DNA from: an uncultured Bdellovibrionales bacterium
GTDB lineage: Bacteria > Bdellovibrionota_C > UBA2361 > SZUA-149 > CAZDIO01
Direction of reading: 5' to 3'
DNA: 27,221 bases
NCBI GenBank assembly: GCA_964505555.1
Contig: CAZDIO010000056.1
Coordinates: forward strand, 1 to 27,221
This document shows, piece after piece, positions 1 through 9,600 of the stretch. The notes under the pieces were generated by a model. That model was given only the letters and a program-made list of their open reading frames with translations. It was not told where the DNA came from and ran no database searches. Every line of letters begins with the position of its first letter. Positions within the stretch are counted from its first letter, which is position 1. The translations under genes were made by a program, and so were the position numbers.

Positions 1-80
1 CCTTTGGTGGCGAGCGTATCTAAGAAATCTCTATTTAAATAGAACTTTTTTTTTTGCGCCGCTCGGCTCGCAACGACAGA
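1..80. repeat. Degenerate or partial copy of the nested-palindrome repeat family. Its right outer arm GCTCGCAACGACAG (66-79) matches the arms at 19725-19740 and 24525-24539.
   Basis: Direct sequence identity of the 14-mer to other copies. The window starts inside the element, so the full extent is unknown. Confidence 0.35.
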
Positions 81-126
81 CGTTTTTATTTTATCAGAGT
101 CTCTTAATCTAATTGGTTTTTTTCTT

Positions 127-161
127 AACTCTGTGGATCTCTGTGAAACTCTGTGTTCATC
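127..161. mobile_element. Solo right arm of the MITE-like element (AACTCTGTGGATCTCTGTGAAACTCTGTGTTCATC). No partner left arm lies within 1-126.
   Basis: About 85% identical to the right arms at 3527-3562, 17558-17592 and 24244-24277. Confidence 0.6.
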
Positions 162-214
162 AAAAAAATTCACCACTGTTTTCTTGATTTTTGTATATTT
201 TGAAAATTATGATA

Positions 215-247
215 TTAAAAAATCAACCGCAGAGGTTGGTTTTTTTG
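215..247. terminator. Putative bidirectional intrinsic terminator: an A6 run, a CAACC/GGTTG stem with a GCAGA loop, then a T7 run.
   Basis: Short GC stem flanked by an A-run on one side and a T-run on the other. It sits 360 nt downstream of the minus-strand collagen-like gene. Confidence 0.45.
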
Positions 248-249
248 GA

Positions 250-600
250 ATCGAGCGCAACAAGATCTTGGTAATGCGGGTGAAGGGAAGCGAGACCACT
301 TTTCTTAATTCGCAAGAGCAACTTCCTCGCAGACCGGAGGCGTACATGAGTAAGTTTTTTATTTGCCGGTCTGATAGAGGAATAAGATGCCACGAGATTG
401 AGTTGTGGGCTTAGACGCCATGCCCTTGCTGCTACCCAACGTCTAAGCCGGTCGCAGAAACGTTTTGCTCTCCCACCCGCTCGTCGGTGCTCCATCCAGG
501 AGTGCCAGAGCGGTGAGCGAGGCAGGTTTTTCCTTGGAAGTGCGTTTGCACTTCGGCTCAAAGGTTAAACCACTGCGGCCCTCTTTCTCAAGGATCTCTT
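250..600 (-). other. GC-elevated (~55-60%) non-coding stretch between the collagen-like gene stop and the terminator. It is either a long structured 3' UTR, an independent small RNA, or a decayed gene remnant.
   Basis: No credible ORF: the only long frames are Arg-rich low-complexity. It contains a 10-bp stem GGCTTAGACG/CGTCTAAGCC with a 22-nt loop (~396-437) and ends at the 215-247 terminator on the minus strand. Confidence 0.3.
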
Positions 601-609
601 TCTCGATGA

Positions 610-1803
610 TCAATTGATCCGAATATAATAATACACGGCAACGTTTTTCGGGCGGGTTTCGGTGTCGTAGCGAGGGTTGCCGTATCCGGGGAGTGGGGCG
701 GGATCAAGAATTCGTCCATACATATACTGATCTGTCCCGAAGGTTCCGTAAAATGCCCCCGTTGGAAAGTAATGTGGGGAACCGATCTCATGACGATGCC
801 CATGACCTTGAAAGGCATCGCTTTGGATATCTCCGACACTTCGGTTTGCACCGTAAGGATCTTGGAGTCCATCTGTTCTTTCAAGACTTAATCCTCGGAG
901 AAACATTCCGCGCATATCAGGAACCTGAGATTTGCCAGTGACATTGGAGTAAGCAGAGCCAGCTACCGAACGGCCGTCGGCAAGAACCCATTTGGTTGAT
1001 GATGGGTCAAATTGTTGTGAATCATCAACAAGGGTTGCAAATTGAGTGGGCGTAAGGAGCGATGCTTCAACAGAACCAAGAACACTATCTCCTCCTGGAC
1101 CTCCTCCTGGACCGGTAAGTCCTACCGGTCCCGCTGGACCCATTGGACCTTCCGGACCCGTAGCTCCCTGAGCTCCTGCCGGTCCCATGGGTCCTTGAGC
1201 TCCGGCGATACCTTGAGGACCAGCTTCCCCCATTGGTCCCATCGGTCCTTGCACACCGTCATTTCCTGGAGGACCTTCAGGACCTGCTACTCCTTGAGGA
1301 CCTTGTGGGCCCGGAGGTCCCTGAAGAGCAAGCTTTTTTACAAGAGTATCAAATCTATACACAGTATGAACTAAAGAGAGTTCAAAGGAGGAATTACCAG
1401 AGCGACGTGATTCAACGCTTTGGAGATACCACATTCCACTTCCTTCTGAAGGAAGTGGAACAAAAAGACGTAGTTTCCCATCACCATCAAGTTGTCCCGT
1501 TGCTACCAGCACAGCTCCTGGAAGAGGAGAGAGTCGACGAGAATGTTTCTTTTCTTCAATGGTAAGAAGTTCTGAACGTTCGCTCATCCAAAGCTCAATG
1601 AGTCGGTTAGAACTACCGTCAAAATCAACGGTAAGTTTTGGTTCTATTTCGCCGTGAGCAAAAACGAGTGGATTTAAGACTCGAAGTTCAAGGGAATTTG
1701 TTGCCTCTGCTTGGAGAGGGAGAATAAAAATAGAACAAAAGAGAGTGTTAACAACAATTCGATAAAGAGATGAGTGAAAATGATTTTGTCCATAGAGAAA
1801 CAT
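610..1803 (-). CDS. Secreted collagen-like protein with a C-terminal phage tail-collar domain.
   Basis: N-terminal signal peptide (hydrophobic core then QAEA). About 75 aa of uninterrupted Gly-X-Y triplets ([22 protein letters not shown]...[18 protein letters not shown]). The C-terminus carries the tail-collar pattern W.LADGRS....Y.....G...[11 protein letters not shown], then a His-rich QGHGHRHE and [13 protein letters not shown] (PF07484-like). A GGAG lies 11 nt upstream of the ATG. Confidence 0.75.
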   Translation of the reverse strand: MFLYGQNHFHSSLYRIVVNTLFCSIFILPLQAEATNSLELRVLNPLVFAHGEIEPKLTVDFDGSSNRLIELWMSERSELLTIEEKKHSRRLSPLPGAVLVATGQLDGDGKLRLFVPLPSEGSGMWYLQSVESRRSGNSSFELSLVHTVYRFDTLVKKLALQGPPGPQGPQGVAGPEGPPGNDGVQGPMGPMGEAGPQGIAGAQGPMGPAGAQGATGPEGPMGPAGPVGLTGPGGGPGGDSVLGSVEASLLTPTQFATLVDDSQQFDPSSTKWVLADGRSVAGSAYSNVTGKSQVPDMRGMFLRGLSLERTDGLQDPYGANRSVGDIQSDAFQGHGHRHEIGSPHYFPTGAFYGTFGTDQYMYGRILDPAPLPGYGNPRYDTETRPKNVAVYYYIRIN

Positions 1804-2256
1804 AGCGCGTGCTCCGTGTGTGTTTGCGCTTTTTGCGCCGGTTTTTACAACAGAGCTCTTCCCATGTAGATCGTCGATCGCTTGGCCTTTAAATTAAAGG
1901 TTCTAGAGTTATAATTGTGATAGGAGAAGTTGTGAAAATCGTCTACGAAAACTTCCTATCGGTATTGGGGTATAGTGGTTGAGGATTTGTTTCCTCAACG
2001 TGCAACATTTGTGAGGACGAAATAGAAATTCCTGAAAATCTCTCGGCTTTGGATTTCATTCTCAGTGAAGAGATGCTTTCGATCAGGCGGAAATTGAAAT
2101 AGCTTCATTTTCCTTTTGATTATCATAGGAGGTATCAAACTTTAGGTATTTACTTAAAGTAGTTCCCGGAAATGTTTTTTAACGTAACTCCCGTTGGCAT
2201 GGAACATGCTTATTCTTTTAACTAGTTTATACTATTAGAATAATTCAAGGGGGGTT

Positions 2257-2466
2257 ATGTGTTCTTTTGATTTAATCAAATATCTGGTTAAAAAAACCAT
2301 TCTATTGTTGATTGTCTTTGGTGTCATGAATGCACCAAATGCAGCGCACGCACTTTCAACGAGGAGCCTTGCTGAAATAGATCCTTTTTGGTGTGAACTG
2401 GGAGGAGGAACATTTCTTGAAGGACTTGGAGGAACGTTCTGCTTATATCCGTGGGAGTCTGATTAG
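2257..2466 (+). CDS. Small (69 aa) putative secreted protein.
   Basis: Strong SD (AAGGGGGG) 4 nt upstream of the ATG. N-terminal signal peptide (KKTILLLIVFGVMNAPNAAHA). The mature part is ~38 aa with two Cys and a duplicated LGGGTF/LGGTF motif. No homolog recognised. Confidence 0.4.
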   Translation: MCSFDLIKYLVKKTILLLIVFGVMNAPNAAHALSTRSLAEIDPFWCELGGGTFLEGLGGTFCLYPWESD

Positions 2467-2660
2467 ACTACTAGCCAAAGTTAATTTGGCGATGCGATTA
2501 AAGTGTTAGAAATAGACTATTGTCGCGGTGCCATTTTTATCTGGCCCATTTTTCTTCTACTGCTCATATAACAGAGCTTTTTTTGACAAGAAGTTAAAGG
2601 CTTGTCAGCTTCAAGGTGTTACGGTACCGTCTACCAAGATCATTAACTTGGAGACCAGAT

Positions 2661-3467
2661 ATGAGTTCAGATATTTCACCACCACAGCCAGCGACCTTAG
2701 TTTTTGGATTTATTTTGCTTGCGATGGTTGTACTTGCTTTGGGCTCTTACCACATTGTTCCCCCAGGCCATCGGGGGATTCTGGTGACACTAGGGAAGGT
2801 TGATCCGATAGAGAAAAAGGAAGGGGTGACATTTAAGCTCCCTTTTGTTTCTCAGGTGATTAATTTTCCGATTATGCAACTCAAGGCGGATGGTCGTACG
2901 GATACGTTTTCGAGCGATCTTCAAACAATGGTGATCTCTTATACGGTACTCTACCGTGTTCCTGAAGGTAAAGTTGTGACACTTTTTCAGCAATACCGTG
3001 GGGAGCCATATGCAACACTGATTGAACCCAGAGTTCAAGAGGGTATTAAACAGGTTACAGCCCTCTTTCGTGCAGAGGATCTTGTAAAAAATCGTGACAA
3101 GATGAAACAAGGAGTCGTTCAAGAGGTTTCTTCAGCGGTGGGAGATGTGCTGCAAATTGTGGATATCGCTATTACAAACATCGATCTCTCTGATCAGTTG
3201 GAGCAAGCGATCGAGCAGAAAGTAGTTCGTGAACAGGAGGCTTTAGCAAAACAGTACGAGCTTGATAAAGAGCGAAAACAAGCAGAAATTACCTTCGTTC
3301 GAGCGGAGGCTGAAGCAAAATCTGTTAAGATTAAAGGTGAAGCGCTGAAGCTTTCTCCTGAGGTTATCGAGTTTGAGATCGCCCAACGCTGGGATGGAAA
3401 GACGCCGTTGTCGGTCTCTGTTGGTGGTGGCGGTGGTGGAGCAAGTGTGTTGTTGCCGTTGAAATGA
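2661..3467 (+). CDS. SPFH/band-7 (prohibitin-family) membrane protein.
   Basis: N-terminal TM (LVFGFILLAMVVLALG) followed by YHIVPPGHRGILVTLGKV, an Ala/Glu-rich coiled-coil region and a C-terminal GGGGGG tail. GGAGA SD 6 nt upstream of the ATG at 2661; the ORF track's 2616 start is in frame but has no SD. Confidence 0.8.
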   Translation: MSSDISPPQPATLVFGFILLAMVVLALGSYHIVPPGHRGILVTLGKVDPIEKKEGVTFKLPFVSQVINFPIMQLKADGRTDTFSSDLQTMVISYTVLYRVPEGKVVTLFQQYRGEPYATLIEPRVQEGIKQVTALFRAEDLVKNRDKMKQGVVQEVSSAVGDVLQIVDIAITNIDLSDQLEQAIEQKVVREQEALAKQYELDKERKQAEITFVRAEAEAKSVKIKGEALKLSPEVIEFEIAQRWDGKTPLSVSVGGGGGGASVLLPLK

Positions 3468-3470
3468 TTA

Positions 3471-3562
3471 ATTGAACACAGAGTTTCACAGGGTTACACA
3501 GAGTAAAGAAAAGAGATTTTAGGTTTAACTCTGTGTATCTCCGTGAAACTCTGTGTTTCATC
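3471..3562. mobile_element. Complete 92-bp MITE-like element. Left arm ATTGAACACAGAGTTTCACAGGGTTACACAGAGT (3471-3504), 22-bp core, inverted right arm (3527-3562).
   Basis: Near-perfect 33-34 bp terminal inverted repeats. It begins 4 nt after the prohibitin stop codon. The same arms recur at four other sites. Confidence 0.75.
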
Positions 3563-3575
3563 TACTAGCGCCGTT

Positions 3576-3611
3576 CCACTTTAAGTGTGGCAAGAAACCT
3601 GTCGTTGCGAC
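3576..3611. repeat. Repeat unit CCACTTTAAGTGTGGCAAGAAA plus CCTGTCGTTGCGAC (left outer arm of the nested-palindrome family).
   Basis: The same composite (CCACTTTAGTGTGGCAAGAAATCGTCTTCCCTGTCG) recurs at 27181-27221. The CCTGTCGTTGCGA core matches 19639-19651 and 24439-24451. Confidence 0.55.
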
Positions 3612-3651
3612 AGAAAGTTTCTGCTGCATCTAAAATGGGCCGCTCTAGTTG

Positions 3652-6600
3652 TTACATAGCTGGGCGCTCGCCCATAATCACCTGCACCGACACTTCAGAT
3701 ACTCCAGGGGTAACGCTATAGAGGATCCGGCCATCGGGAATTTCCACTCCATTAACCTCTGTCCGGAGAACTCCGTGTTCGACACCATCAGGATTTTTAA
3801 CTTCAATTTTGTAGAGAACGTTTTGATGTCGGTAGTGAATACTATATGATCTCCAATCTGCGGGGATGCACGGAGAAATAGTAAAATACGTGCCGTGAAG
3901 CTGTAGCCCAAGGATGTTGCTAATTCCCGCCTGATAGAGCCAGCCACAAGAACCCGTATACCAACTCCATCCCGCACGACCGCTATAAGGTGGTTTTGAA
4001 TATACATCTCCACACACGACATAGGGCTCACCCCGATAACGCTCAACAGCGGTTGTGTTTTTCGTGTGATTGATCGGATTTATGATTGAAAAAAGTTGGT
4101 GAGAAATATCTCCCATTTTTAACATTGCAGCAGCAATTACAACCCAGGCAGCGGCGTGAGTATATTGAGCACCGTTTTCACGTACCCCAGGGGGATAGCC
4201 TTTAAGATAGCCAGGATTGAGCTCTCCTTTATCAAAAGGAGGGGTAAGGAGGAGAACCAACTTGTCTTTTTCATTAACGAGGTGGCTGAGAAGGGAGTTC
4301 ATTGCTTGGCGGGAGCGAGTAGGATCGCCTCTTTTAGAGATTACTGCCCAGGATTGGGCGATAGAATCAATTTGGCATTCAGTGTTTGATTCACTTCCAA
4401 GTGGAGTCCCGTCATCAAAGTAAGCCCTGCGATACCAATTTCCATCCCACCCATGTTCCTCAAGGGCGGCAAGAAGTGTTTTTGCATGCATCTGGAAAGA
4501 ATCTACAGAGGCCAAATCTTCGCGAACAGCAGCAATGGCGGCCCATTTCTGAAGGTTATCAAGTAAGAACCAACCAAGCCAAATACTCTCCCCTTTTCCT
4601 TCTCGGCCAATCTCGTTAAAACCATCGTTCCAATCGCCTGCTCCAATCAATGGCAAGCCGTGCTCTCCAAATCGTAATCCGTGTTGAAGTGCAAGTAAGC
4701 AATGCACGTAGAGCGTATCTGCTTTTGGGGAGAGATGTGGTTGGAGATAAGCATCCATCTGTGTAGGATCAAGAAGTGGGGCTTCAATAAAAGAAACCTG
4801 TTCTTCCAAAATAGCGTGATCGCCGGTTGCTTCAAGGTAGCGCTCAACTACATATGGTAACCAGAGATAGTCATCTGAGATTCGTGTACGCACACCACGT
4901 CCCGTTGGGGGATGCCACCAGTGTTGAACATCTCCTTCAAGAAACTGTCTTGAGGCTGCTTGTAAAATAAGGCTACGAGCGATCTCTGGCTTGGAGTAGA
5001 GAAGTGCTAACCCATCTTGAAGTTGATCGCGAAATCCAAAAGCACCTCCACTTTGATAAAATCCGGTTCGACCATATATTCGAGAGGATAAACACTGATA
5101 AAGGAGCCAACTGTTAAGGAGTAAATCAAAGCTACGATCGGGAGTTTTTACCTCTACAGCTGAAGAGAGAGAATCCCAGTATGTCGAAACCGCTTGAAGT
5201 TCGCTTTTTCGATAACTCGTTTTTCGATATCTTTTTACGTTTTGACGAGCTTCACCTAAATTCGGCGCTTCGCCCATAAAAAACATCACCTCACACTCTT
5301 CCTCTGCATTTAAAGAGTGCACAACCTTGAGCACTCCACACGAATCGTGACCCGCGCCTGTGACACGACGAAGATTTACAAGACGACTGAGATTTGCCAT
5401 GCCAGCAAGGTTTACTAAACTCGGAGCGGTCACGGCTTGCTCCAAAATAAGCGGCGAAGAAAGGGTATGATTTCTTCCCATAAACTCAGCGCGACTTGTC
5501 GTGTAAGAGTTAATCAGAGTGTTTGAGCCTAAAAAGACAACCCGACTTGCAAACTCATTGTTGTAGTGATTCTGCGCAGCAAGCATGCCAAGTTTTGAAT
5601 CAAACGAAGTAACAATATGCGCTTGGCTTTCTGCTCTCAGCACCCCAAGCACCCACTCAACATAGAGATAGACCTCAAGTCTTCGAATACGATTGTCTCT
5701 GTTTTGGAGCTTTACATGCCACCATTTTACCCGCTCTTGAAGTGAGCCTGATATGGTCAACTCACTAAAGATATTATCAGCAAGAAGTTTGAATTTACTA
5801 AACCCTTGATGATGCTCAACGCCGTAGCGTCCCCGATTTCTCACCGGAAGTGGGGTGGGGCACCAAAAGGCGCCGGTATTTCCATCTCGGATGTAAATGA
5901 CCTCGCCCGGACGATCGGAAACGGGATCGTTACTCCACGGTGTTAATCGGTTCTCTCTACTATTTTCAGACCACGTATAACCACTTCCTGATTCTGACAC
6001 CGTAAAGCCAAATTGTGGGTTGGCAATCACATTAATCCAAGGAGCCGGGGTGAGTTTTTCGCTATGGACTGTGAGTGCGTATGCTTTTCCATTTTCAATA
6101 AATCCGCCGTAGCCGTTATCAAACTCTCTTTGAGTTGTAATGACTGACCGTTCTCCGCTTCGATCCCGGCTTGATGGAGTTTCTTCCTTAAATAAATAGT
6201 CAAGAAGCCCCCTTCTTGTTGCTCTTACTCCTTCAAGCTCTCCAGGGAGTTCAAGCTGTTCTTCAAGCGATCCCCCCTCACCGCAAAAAACGACTCGTGC
6301 TACTGCTTTTAGCAGTAAGTATTCTTCAGCGGAGATCTGTTTTAGGGTTCTTACAAAGACGCCCCCTTTTGTCTCAAGCGGAGGAAGTGGAAAAACGGAA
6401 CGGAGCAGTTGTTCCATACCCGTGCTGACATTTTGAAGATATCCATCTCCATGCTCATTGATGATTACTAAATCAAAAAATACATTTCGATGACGAAGAT
6501 ATTCATGTGCTTTCAGGAGTTCCCGGACTAGCTTGAGGTGGAGAAGATCGGTAATTGACACAAGCACAATAGGCAGATCTCCAGATATGCTCAGACGCCA

Positions 6601-9600
6601 CAGGCCGGATTGTTGCAGACGATTTTGTAAGAGAAGCTGTGGTTCGCAACGAAGCACTTTGTGTTGAAAAAAGAGAGCGTTAGCTAAATGTTGATAGAGG
6701 TGACTTTGACGAATAGAGATCTGTTCGGTTCGAAATTCGATATTACTTTTACTCCAAGCCATTTCAAAGGCACGAGTGACGGTGCGGGTATCGTTGTAGC
6801 GCTCAGCTAAGAAGAGCACATCTTCTCGAGTTTTTCCGATAGCGGTAATAAAAGAGAGCGTTTGAGAACTGCTTGGTTGAATCTCAACTCGGGTTCGAAG
6901 AGAGGCGATTGGATCGAGAACGGTCCCTATTGTGGAACTTAATGAACGGTTTTTTTCATCAAACACAATGGGGTGATTAATGTTTCGTCCACGACCAATA
7001 AACGCCTCTCGATTTGTTTCGTATTCTACTTTGCCCCAGACGATAGGCATTGAAAGCATCGTCAACAGGTAGGTTCGTGCTTCATCTGCGGAGCGTGGTC
7101 TTCGGGTAAAGATGAGTGCTTCTATTTCTGGAACAAACTCACTTTCTACAAAGAGTTTGGAAAATGCTGGATGAACAGCGTCTGCTTGGGCGGCATTTAA
7201 GCAAATCTCTGCAAAGCTTGTAAACTGGAGATTTCGATTTCTTCGAGAGAGGTTTGTGACAGTGATCTTTTTTACCTCGACATTATCTTCAGGAGAGATC
7301 GTAATTTCGGTATGAAGGGCGATATCGAAGTCTCTTCGCTTAAATTCGACTTTGTCTGGATTGTAAATAACCTCATAAAATTCTGGTTGTTGTCTGGAGG
7401 GTTGGTAGGTAAGAGACCAGATTTTGTTTGTATCTAAATCTTTAACAAAGACATAATTTCCTAAATAATTTCTTAACGAATCTTCATGCCATCTGGTGAT
7501 CTGCATTCCAGGAATAAAGCTAAAACCACTACCGGCATTGTCAATCATCAGGCTATAAAAACCGTTTGAAAGTACCCGTGTGCGCGGTAAGATAGTGTGC
7601 GGAGTGGTGATTGTTTCAGACCAGGTTTCTTTTAAGCCTTCCTCCTGTTGTTCGGTATAGGTGATCTCTGCATGATGAGGAACTGTGAGAGGAGAGCGTT
7701 CAGGAAATTTCTCCTGAAGGAGTGGCTCGACAGCGCGAATTAAAGGATCGCTATGAAAACGCGTCTGAAGAATGTTTTCGTTTAGTACATTGTTAAGAGA
7801 GAGAAGGATCATTCCTTGATGGTGAGCAAGAAAGGACCTGACAATATGAGCTCCTTCTTCTCTACTGAGACGCTCCGAAGTGTAATCAATAGACTCATAA
7901 AAACCATATTCGCCACTCAGCCCCGCATCTTCGAGTCGAGAGATATTCTTTAAAGCTTCATGCGGAGTAACCATCATCGCTAAAAAGGTGGAGTAAGGAG
8001 AGATCACAAAGTCCTCAGAGAGACCTCTTTTTAATCCAAGTCCAGGCACACCAAATGCTCGGTACTGATAGGTATGCTCAAAATCTACACCGGCATATCC
8101 AGATTCCGAAATACCCCAGGGAACGCCGCGCGTTCTTGCGTAGATGCGTTGTGTTTCCACTATCGCCTTATAGGTTTCATGGAGAATGGTGTTTGGGAAA
8201 TCTTTTGTGACTAAAAGCGGCATCAAGTACTCAAACATCGTACCACTCCATGAAAGGAGTGCTTTTCCACCCGGAGTGCGAGTGAGTGGTCTTCCCAGCA
8301 CAAACCAATGTTCCAGAGGAATATCGCCCTTGGCGATTGCTAGAAGCGAGGTAAGACGTGCTTCTGAGGCAAGAAGATCATAATAGGAGTTATCAAACTT
8401 CCCCTCAGTAACCTGGTAGCCAATAGTAAAAAGCTTTCGTTCTTTGTTATATAAAAATTTAAAATCAGTATTTTTGATAATTAATTCACACGTGGTGGTA
8501 ATGAAAGTAAGGAGTTCCAACCTTTCCTCACTGTCGTCGCTCAAAGATGGCTTTGAGAGTAATTCTCTTGCCCCATTTTTTACTACGATTAGGTGGCCAA
8601 TGAGATTTCCGCTATCAACGGTGGAGACGTAACGAGGCTCAAGAGGGGTGAGGGAACGGATGTCATACCAGTTATAAAAATGGCCGTTTAGCTTCTCTAG
8701 TTTCATTAACGTTTCAAGTGAGGCGCGGATTTTTCTTCCAGCCTCAAGTGGGGTAATAAAACCAAGATCTACTGCTGTTAAAATGCTCAAATAGTGAAGC
8801 CCGATATTTGAGGGTGAAGTTCGATAAGCGACTACTCGTTTGGGAAAAAGCTGCACATTGTCAGGAATAAGATAGTGAGTTTCTTCAGAGGCGAGATCAT
8901 CAAAAAATTTCCACGTTTTAAAAGCAATCTTCTGAAGGCGCTCCTGTTTTTCATCCGTAAGGAGGAGTCCGCGAGCGGTGTGAGGGTTACTTATCCAATA
9001 TGCAACCCAAGGAGATAAAAACCAAAGACAGAGAATTGGACTTGCAAAAATAAGTTGGGAAGGATTTGTCGTTGCCAGAAGGATCGCGGTAAGTAGCACT
9101 GAAAGATTGGCAAGAAGCATTTCACGAAGAAAGGAACCAAACCCAGTGCCGAGTCTTCGTTCTGCTTGATAGGCAGTCTCCCAGTCCAGAAGGTTTTTCT
9201 TCGATACAAAGAGGCGATAGAGAGTGATGCCAATTGCATGGCTCATGAGGAGTGCTTGGTAAGGGAGAAAGATAAAGATTAGCACTGCCTGAATAAAGTT
9301 ATTTTTTAATTTTCTCCCGCACTCACGAGCATACCCTGAAAATGACATACCAAACGGTGAAGTAATAATTGTCGTTGCCAGTTGGGCATAGACTGGAAAA
9401 GCGATGACAATAAAAACAATACCTGTCCACCAGAGTGGAGAGTCTGGAAGGAACGCCCAAGAAAAGATTAAAAATATAAAACAAAGAGGAGCGATCAAAC
9501 TTCTTCGAAGATTATCAAGGAGCTTCCATTGTCCCAGTGGTGAGATTGATGAGTCTTTGGAAGTCGACGTTTTGCCGATTTCTGAGCGGGTGGGAGCTTT

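Noticed and set aside
133-561. ORFs 133-414 (+) and 223-561 (-).
   Set aside because: They overlap the MITE arm and the terminator. The translations are Arg-rich or low-complexity and no SD is present.
250-600. Possible RNase P RNA or tmRNA on the minus strand, suggested by a CGACCGGCTTAG stretch resembling the RNase P ACAGAAnCCGGCTTA motif.
   Set aside because: The universal GGAAAGTCCGG P4 motif and the AGGGTGAAANGGTGCGGTAAGAGCGCACC block are absent. No tRNA-like T-arm (GGTTCGAnTCC) or ALAA tag frame was found for tmRNA. An 8-mer match is expected by chance in 27 kb.
1042-1565. Plus-strand ORFs antisense to the collagen-like gene.
   Set aside because: Ser/Arg/Trp-rich translations produced by reading the GGN-rich collagen repeat on the opposite strand.
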